Source: an uncultured Thermoplasmatales archaeon (GTDB taxonomy: Archaea; Thermoplasmatota; E2; DHVEG-1). Taken from it: DNA of 64,000 nt. Under the pieces are notes generated by a model that was not told the DNA's origin, searched no databases, and was given only the letters and a program-made list of their open reading frames with translations. This document shows positions 57,905 to 64,000 of this stretch, piece by piece. Positions within the stretch are counted from its first letter, which is position 1. Every line of letters starts with the position of its first letter. The stretch spans positions 7,132-71,131 of the forward strand of contig CAYPIF010000052.1 in the NCBI GenBank assembly GCA_964410735.1, read 5' to 3'. The position numbers were made by a program, and so were the translations under genes.

Positions 57905-59203
57905 TTAATAAATTTTCTTAACAAATGTTACTGGAGTTTTGCGTTTTGCTAAGCATTTATATGTCCTTTTTGTAGATTTATATGGATGAAGAATGCCCTC
58001 TATGATATTTTTAACGCCTTTTTCTCCTAATGTATGCACAGATGAGATGAGCTGACCAACCAGTTCAGTAAGGATCCATCGATGTTTCATCTCAGGTGTA
58101 TAACCCTGGTTTTTTAGCATGGCATACACGGGTGAAAGCAACGAGACGATCTCAAGTAGAGTGTCCGCTACAGTACTCAGAGTCAGGTATCTGCTGACCC
58201 CTTCACTACACCGTAGCCGGCAATCCTTTAACCCGAAATCACCTTTGCCTTCCCTGTGCCATACCTCAATGTCCCACCTTCTGGAATACCAAGTGGCGAT
58301 AGCCAACTCATCCCACGTAAGATTATTCGAAACATAGAAATATATGTTTCCATGCTTGTTCATTGAAACAAGCAAACGGACTCTCCCTGCTTTTTTCATA
58401 GTAACGGTGAACACTTTCATCAGACACTTCTGATCACCAAGGGTAACAACCTTAAAACCACCCTGATCTATTTTTTAATGTCCAAATTTTCTAAGCGGGA
58501 TCCATCGTCCCTCTGATCGTACCAGTCGATTTGATTTTGACCGCACAACCCAATCCTTTCCAAGAGACTCGATATGATCAGTGAGTTTCTTACTGAAATA
58601 CCAGATATCCATAACAACACAAGAAAAATGAAGATCCATATCAATGAGCATAGAGAGATGATCCATCTGCAGTTCTATCTTACTTGTGAACTCATTGTTC
58701 TTGCCCCATCTGCTCCCTTCCTTGATATACATACTGGAAAGAAGCGGATAGATCCCTTCACCAGATAAGACACAATCCGCTATCTGTCACCCCCAAATAT
58801 TCCGATTTTTTGCATGATCATGATGCCAATCAGTACCATATATCCCCATCCCACATTTTTCAACGATATAATCATCCAACACAACAACACCCCCTGATTC
58901 AACCTGATCGATAATGTTTATCTTAACCTTATTCATCTCATACTCACTCCAAGTTACATGAGTGATAAAACGATTAAGATTTGACTGATTTGAATGAAAC
59001 GTGAACAATCCATTCATATGAGCAATCGTTTTCTTCTTAGAAGAGAAATACCCGGCCATAAACTGTTTGAAATGAATCAACTGACGTTCCTGATCAAAAA
59101 GATGAGTAAACTCCGTACTCATCTCCTCCACATAGGAAGGAAATTGAACAATTGGTAACTCCATCCGTACATCCCAAGTAATGGTAAAGAGTTTTATGAA
59201 CAA
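57905..59203 (-). pseudogene. DDE transposase (IS4/IS701-like) split into three ORFs by frameshifts
   Basis: ORF 58787..59203 carries the N-terminal region with the GGVVVLDDYIVEKCG DDE region (first Asp). ORF 58475..58732 carries the CVVMDIWYFS DDE region (second Asp). ORF 57905..58420 carries WYSRRWDIEVWHREGKGDFGL (Y-x2-R-x3-E-x6-K). Confidence 0.65.
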
Positions 59204-59244
59204 AAAGTTATGTATCTCAGGATTCTAAAACGCAAAAAACCAGA
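57930..59244 (-). mobile_element. IS4-superfamily insertion sequence (about 1.3 kb), transposase broken by frameshifts, with imperfect about 24-bp terminal IRs and a 6-bp ATGTTA TSD
   Basis: Left end ctggagttttgcgttttgctaagc (57930-57953). The reverse complement of the right end (59221-59244) is ctctggttttttgcgttttagaat; the shared core is TGG-N2-TTTTGCGTTTT. ATGTTA lies directly outside both ends (57924-57929, 59245-59250). The internal ORFs encode a DDE transposase with a YREK signature. Confidence 0.65.
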
Positions 59245-59281
59245 GATGTTATTTAACAATTTTTGACCATTTTTTCTGCAG

Positions 59282-60874
59282 CTAGATCTTCTTTACCATA
59301 TACGGTCCTCTCCGTTCATAGCCAAACCGTCTGTAATATTCTCGTGTACCAATGCCGGAGAGTACGCTAAGCGCTTTGGCATCATAGTCTTGCTTCGCTA
59401 TTCGCTCTGCCTCTTTCATCAGCCGTTTGCCCCATCCTTTATGTTGCCACTTGTTGTTCTCTGCAGTATTTCCAACCTGAACCAATGGTCCAAAGACATG
59501 CACCTCACGGACCAACATCGTCCTTGTATCCTTTACTTCATCTCTATGAGCGTTCCCCGACGGATATCGTAATCTTAGTAATCCTATCAATGCATCCGTA
59601 GATTCATCTTCAAATGAGAGAAACAGTTCCTCCCCATCTGATGCATAATATTTCTGAGTGACAAGTTGAACAGTATCTATATCGATCTGTTCCTTTGATT
59701 TATACTGAACATGACCTACCTCTCTGCATCTGATACATCGACATCGTGAGCCATCCTTTTTCATCCTCTCTTTTACCAATTGTCGCAGGTCACCACGTTT
59801 TACACCTGCTGAGATGAATGTTGAGGGGATATCACGTTGTATCCGTTGTATCCGTACCCATGGAGGAACACGTTTCTTGATCTCAGAGATCAACTCAATG
59901 GTCTCATCAAGAGAATATGGTTGATATTCTCCCTTTTTCCATTGCTCATATAGTTTTGTTTTTGGGATGACGAGGGTTGGATAAATCTTGACCGCATCAG
60001 GTTTGAAATTCTCATTTTGAAATATTGTTTCAAAAGCTTTAAGGTCCCTCTCAAAATTGGATCCTGTAAGTCCAGGCATCATATGATAAATAACTGCATA
60101 TCCTGCATCCTTGGCGATACGAGTAGCTTCTATCACATCCTGAACAGTATGCCCTCGGTTTACTTTTTTATACACATCATCATACACGGTCTGCACACCA
60201 AGTTCAACCCTGGTCGCGCCAAGCCGGAGCATGAAATCAACCTGTGATTCCTTACAATAATCCGGTCTTGTTTCAATGGTAATATCACTGTTGCGTATCG
60301 TTGCATGTTCCGCTGCATTCTGAGCTTCCGCTATTGTTTTCGCATTAGATTCAGATAATGCGTTGAGACATTGAATAACGAACCATTCGAAATAATCCCG
60401 TGGATATGCGGTAAGTGTTCCACCAAAGATGATGAGTTCAACCTTATCAACGGTATGGCCCATGATCTTGAATTGTTTGATACGACTGCTGACCTGTTTA
60501 TACGGATCATACTCATTTTCGATGGCTCTTCTCCCCGCTGGTTCATTCCCTGTATAGCTTTGAGGCGTTCCTTCATCGGGTCCACCGGGGCAATAGGTAC
60601 ATGGTTCTTCCTTTGGGCATGGAAATGGTTTTGGCATGACAGTGATGATAGTCACACCAGAGATCGCTCTGATCGGTTTGATACGTAGCACTGAGAGAAC
60701 TTTTTCTTTTTCCTTGTCGGTTGCCATGGCAAGTATCTGCGAGTTCTTTGGGAACTGTTTCAAACCAAACGTTCTGCATCCCCAGAGTTTTACTTTGGTC
60801 AGATCCTTATCCTTCTCAAACCCACCTGAAAGGATCTTATCAAGGATGGCTCGATATGCTTTATCATCAGTCAT
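59282..60874 (-). CDS. elp3: Elp3-family tRNA uridine(34) acetyltransferase (radical-SAM + GNAT)
   Basis: Radical-SAM Cys cluster region (CPKEEPCTYCPGG), a central TIM-barrel-like core, and the C-terminal GNAT block QHKGWGKRLMKEAERIA...GIGTREYYRRFGYERRGPYMVK typical of Elp3. Confidence 0.85.
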   Translation of the reverse strand: MTDDKAYRAILDKILSGGFEKDKDLTKVKLWGCRTFGLKQFPKNSQILAMATDKEKEKVLSVLRIKPIRAISGVTIITVMPKPFPCPKEEPCTYCPGGPDEGTPQSYTGNEPAGRRAIENEYDPYKQVSSRIKQFKIMGHTVDKVELIIFGGTLTAYPRDYFEWFVIQCLNALSESNAKTIAEAQNAAEHATIRNSDITIETRPDYCKESQVDFMLRLGATRVELGVQTVYDDVYKKVNRGHTVQDVIEATRIAKDAGYAVIYHMMPGLTGSNFERDLKAFETIFQNENFKPDAVKIYPTLVIPKTKLYEQWKKGEYQPYSLDETIELISEIKKRVPPWVRIQRIQRDIPSTFISAGVKRGDLRQLVKERMKKDGSRCRCIRCREVGHVQYKSKEQIDIDTVQLVTQKYYASDGEELFLSFEDESTDALIGLLRLRYPSGNAHRDEVKDTRTMLVREVHVFGPLVQVGNTAENNKWQHKGWGKRLMKEAERIAKQDYDAKALSVLSGIGTREYYRRFGYERRGPYMVKKI

Positions 60875-61317
60875 TATGGCACCAGTTGTTCTTAGACAAT
60901 TGGGGGAGTAATATCGGTAAAAAATAAAAATGATTGTATTGAAAAGAGATAGTGGAGAAGCATACAGTATTAAACATATATCTTGGACTTGTTACTGTTT
61001 GGATATTGTTGCATAAAATTCATTATTTTTCGTCATCCTCACTATTCTTTATTTGATTCGACTGTACTACTTTTCCCCTGAATTAAATGGAGTGGTCATT
61101 CATTGAGATAATTTATTTTTCATATTGCTGGTAACTGGATTATATCTTTATCTAAGGGTGAGTGTATTACTTATTCGGAAATATGGATTTAATAAGATGT
61201 GACCCCTGCATTCATAATTTTGACGATGTTTCAAAATTAATATGTGATAAGGCGCCAGAATTATTTTCGTTATTATTTGGGAGAAAAGAGATGAGGCGTT
61301 ATATAGAATAAAAATAA

Positions 61318-61796
61318 TTGTTAAAGCTGGAAAAAAACTCCTTTGGGTGTGATCATATTTATCTTGCTATAGAAAATCAAAAAATTATTGGATTGACAAT
61401 TATTTATACTGGTGGAGAGATAGATAAAAAAATCCAGTCAAGTGTATTCTCTGAAAACTTGGAATTTTTTAATCTTTTAAAGTTATTAGTATTTGAAAAG
61501 ATTATAATCAACAGATTTGGATGAGCATGAATTATATATCAGTAATATCTGTGTTGATAAATATCATCGTGGACGGAGGGCAGGTAAATTTCTGTTAGAT
61601 AACATCTATGTTAAGGCAAGGAAAAAAAATTTGTGAAAGCTTGATTCTTGATGTTTCAAAAGAAAATATAATCGCAATAAATTTGTATAAAAAATCGGGA
61701 TTCGAAGTATGTGAAGAAAGATCATCAAAATTATCTAGTATATCCGTTTTGAAAAAGATGAAAAAATTTAATATTATTAAATTATATATTATATAA
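61318..61796 (+). pseudogene. GNAT-family N-acetyltransferase fragmented by frameshifts (one at the A8 run 61622-61629)
   Basis: ORF 61318..61524 gives the N-terminal beta-strands. The un-called middle frame reads YISNICVDKYHRGRRAGKFLLDNIYVKARKKNL (motif A). ORF 61608..61796 gives IAINLYKKSGFEV (motif B). Region 61.0-61.8 kb is extremely AT-rich. Confidence 0.55.
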
Positions 61797-61830
61797 AATA
61801 ATTTTATAAATGGGGTGATTAATGGAAGAG

Positions 61831-61903
61831 TGGGCTTATCCGGATTTGAACCGGAGACCTCCGCCGTGTGAAGGCGACGTCATAACCACTAGACCATAAG
61901 CCC
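61831..61903 (-). tRNA. tRNA-Val (CAC)
   Basis: Reverse complement GGGCTTA TG GTCTAGTGGTTATGAC G TCGCC TTCACAC GGCGG ...TCCGGTTCAAATCCGGA TAAGCCC A. Anticodon loop TTCACAC, anticodon CAC. Confidence 0.8.
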
Positions 61904-62021
61904 AATACTAACTCATGTGTAGGATAGGAATACTGGTGATGGATAAATGTTTTTCGACAGATGGATCTTGGCTGAGTCTAAATCTTAAGAAAGGTTTATC
62001 TATAGTTATGGTTTTTTATGT

Positions 62022-62597
62022 TTGCATAAAATTGTGTTTCCTACAAGGTTGTTTTCCATGAAAAAATTACGGTTCATTAGTAAAATATTGCCAAAGGATG
62101 AAAATGATGAAGATTGTTCTGAAGATGAGTCTGTTGTTGCCGAAACTGAATCAGTTGAAGAAAAAAAACAGAAGGCAGAGTATTCTGAAACATTATATGC
62201 TGGTCAAAGCGTGCCTCAGCCGTCGGTTGATGCTTTTCGTTTTCGTAATGTTGAGGGGATCGAGTCAACCGTTGATACGCTTCACCATCGTTCAAAACAA
62301 CCTATTGAATCAGATATTGAACGGCGTGTGGATGCTGTTATCGCTGATCAGTCATCCTCAAGTACATCTCGTAAACCAGCGAATGTTATCTATGTGGTGA
62401 GTAAACCGACACCCGGTCAGGTTCGGGGTGATTGGGCGGTGAGAAGTCATGGGAAGATCTATAGTCATCATCGGACAAAGGATAATGCGATAAAAGCTGC
62501 TCGTCAGATAGCTGAGGAGAAAGAAGCTACAGTCCTTGTTCAGAATATGGATGGCACCTTTAGATCAAGTTATAAACCAAAACCAAAAAAGGAGTAG
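62022..62597 (+). CDS. Hypothetical protein with acidic low-complexity N-terminus and C-terminal DUF2188-like domain
   Basis: C-terminal VIYVVSKPTPGQVRGDWAVRSHGKIYSHHRTKDNAIKAARQIAEEKEATVLVQNMDGTF resembles the DUF2188 fold (assignment from memory). Confidence 0.45.
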   Translation: MHKIVFPTRLFSMKKLRFISKILPKDENDEDCSEDESVVAETESVEEKKQKAEYSETLYAGQSVPQPSVDAFRFRNVEGIESTVDTLHHRSKQPIESDIERRVDAVIADQSSSSTSRKPANVIYVVSKPTPGQVRGDWAVRSHGKIYSHHRTKDNAIKAARQIAEEKEATVLVQNMDGTFRSSYKPKPKKE

Positions 62598-62663
62598 TCT
62601 CTCAGAATTTTTTGGTTTTTCATGCTGCATGCTTTTAAAGGTTCTTTGTATGGGGGTTTTTGT

Positions 62664-63197
62664 ATGATCGCTGTGTTGCGTCTTGGTCATCGTCCGTTTC
62701 GTGATAAACGTATCACTACTCATGTGGCCCTTGTTTCACGAGCATTTGGTGCTGATAAGATATTTATTGATACAAAGGATGAGAGTATTGAAAAAAACTT
62801 GGCTTCTATCGCAAAACGATTCGGTGGTTCTTTTCAAGTGGAGACTGGTGTGAAACCACTTACGATTGTGAAGAACTGGTCGGGTCTCATTGTTCATTTG
62901 ACCATGTATGGAGAGACGCTTGACAAGGCAGTTCATGCACTTCAGTCCGAAAAGGATCAAGAAATTTTGATCATTGTTGGTGCTGAGAAGGTTCCTGCAC
63001 AGTATTATGAGCTTTCTGATTGGAATGTATCTGTTGGAAATCAACCGCATAGTGAGGTTGCTGCTCTTGCGTTGTTCCTTGATCGATTCACAAGGGGTAC
63101 TTGGGTTGACAAGGATTTTAATGGTGACGTCAAGATAATTCCATCGAAAGATGGTAAGAATGTTATGTCTTCGAAAAAAGAGGATGGTGAATCCTGA
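62664..63197 (+). CDS. tRNA (cytidine56-2'-O)-methyltransferase aTrm56 (SPOUT)
   Basis: MIAVLRLGHRPFRDKRITTHVALVSRAFGADKIFID is the aTrm56 N-terminal signature. GGGGG SD before the ATG at 62664. About 177 aa. Confidence 0.8.
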   Translation: MIAVLRLGHRPFRDKRITTHVALVSRAFGADKIFIDTKDESIEKNLASIAKRFGGSFQVETGVKPLTIVKNWSGLIVHLTMYGETLDKAVHALQSEKDQEILIIVGAEKVPAQYYELSDWNVSVGNQPHSEVAALALFLDRFTRGTWVDKDFNGDVKIIPSKDGKNVMSSKKEDGES

Positions 63198-63718
63198 TGG
63201 ATGCAATCCCATCAAAGGAAGAATGTTTACGTTTACTTCAAGAAGCGGGTTGTTCAGATGAGGTCATACGTCATTGCAAAGCAGTAAGAGATGTTGCTGT
63301 TAGAATTGCAAAAAAAGCAGGTGCTCGTCTTGATCTTGTGGAGGCTGGAGCGCTGCTTCATGATATCGGGCGGTCAAAAACCCATACCATCCGACATGCG
63401 ATTGAAGGCGCTAAGATTGCAAGACGACTTGGTTTATCTGATGAAATTGTCAATATAATAGAACGTCATATCGGTGCTGGTTTATCAAAGGATGTTGCAA
63501 AATCACTGGGGCTGCCTAAGAAGGATTTTATTCCTGAGACCCTTGAGGAAAAGATCGTGTGTCATGCTGATAACTTGCTTGATGATTGTACTCGTCGGCC
63601 TATTGAAATTGAGGTTGAAAAGGCATTGTCTAAGGGTAACAAGGAGTATGCAATTCGCCTTGCTCGGCTTCACTGGGAACTTAGTGAAATATGCGGTATG
63701 GATCTTAATAAGATATAA
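63197..63718 (+). CDS. HD-domain phosphohydrolase (archaeal HDIG-type)
   Basis: HCKAVRDVAVRIA...ALLHDIGRSK...ERHIGAG gives the H...HD...H...D metal-ligand pattern. The start overlaps the aTrm56 stop. Confidence 0.7.
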   Translation: MDAIPSKEECLRLLQEAGCSDEVIRHCKAVRDVAVRIAKKAGARLDLVEAGALLHDIGRSKTHTIRHAIEGAKIARRLGLSDEIVNIIERHIGAGLSKDVAKSLGLPKKDFIPETLEEKIVCHADNLLDDCTRRPIEIEVEKALSKGNKEYAIRLARLHWELSEICGMDLNKI

Positions 63719-63790
63719 AGGACACCAGAAAAAGATAAATATGGTTTTTGGAATGTAGCCCTTAACACAGGTTAAGGATTATTTTCATTT

Positions 63791-63875
63791 GCAGGGGTAG
63801 CCAAGCCTGGCCAACGGCGCAAGGTTGAGGGCCTTGTCCTGTAGAGGTCCGCGAGTTCAAATCTCGTCCCCTGCA
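63791..63875 (+). tRNA. tRNA-Leu (GAG), long variable arm
   Basis: GCAGGGG TA GCCAAGCCTGGCCAACGGC GC AAGGT TGAGGGC CTTGT + variable stem-loop CCTGTAGAGGTCCGC + GAGTTCAAATCTCGT CCCCTGC A. 85 nt, anticodon GAG. Confidence 0.85.
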
Positions 63876-64000
63876 TTTTTTCCCATTTTTTACAGGAGAA
63901 AAATGATATTTTTCGAAAAAGTGTCCCCAACTCAATTTTACCGGTAAATACTTGATTTAGTTCGTTTTTAACTGTTTTTCACAAGATTTCTAGTTTTGAT

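Noticed and set aside
1-64000. CRISPR arrays or other tandem repeat arrays
   Set aside because: No regularly spaced direct repeats of 24-40 bp were seen anywhere. The only repeated short elements are the GACGAATTTTT promoter motif and the IS terminal repeats.

Overview
AT-rich (~37% GC) stretch of an archaeal chromosome, probably euryarchaeal. Archaeal markers present are an archaeal-type GluRS, aEF-1beta with its upstream Zn-ribbon partner, Elp3, aTrm56, the IPK/IDI-2/GGPP-synthase alternative mevalonate operon, and Shine-Dalgarno-led genes. Housekeeping blocks: thiC, purF, rpiA, kptA, pyrF, and a glycogen cluster (glgA, a GH57 enzyme, a debranching enzyme, glgP). These alternate with accessory regions rich in secreted or surface proteins. 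The accessory proteins include three clan-CD cysteine peptidases (two are C25-like paralogs), a disrupted HExxH metallopeptidase, a disrupted M28 peptidase, a C39-like peptidase, a rhomboid, a large surface protein (LTD-CARDB-LTD-PLD) and a PQQ-propeller/PKD protein. A glycosylation locus is also present (flippase-like membrane protein, GT4, GT-C, GT1, and an unknown 828-aa protein). There are four tRNAs: Cys-GCA, Lys-CTT, Val-CAC, Leu-GAG. An IS4-superfamily element with a frameshifted transposase, terminal inverted repeats (IRs) and a 6-bp target-site duplication (TSD) lies upstream of a PAS histidine kinase. The 50.8-61.9 kb segment next to tRNA-Val is pseudogene-rich (M28 peptidase, GNAT, transposase). 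The most novel-looking items are listed below. (1) A GACGAATTTTT motif is shared by the divergent promoters of two secreted-peptidase gene pairs. (2) A stand-alone RAM-domain gene overlaps a membrane-protein gene whose product carries a C-terminal RAM domain. (3) The surface protein combines LTD, CARDB and PLD (HKD x2) domains with a C-terminal anchor. (4) The propeller/PKD gene has a clear signal peptide but no canonical start codon. (5) The secreted peptidases are numerous, paralogous and partly decayed. No CRISPR array or rRNA is present. TAG is used as a genuine stop codon, so the in-frame TAG in the metallopeptidase is a nonsense lesion, not pyrrolysine.
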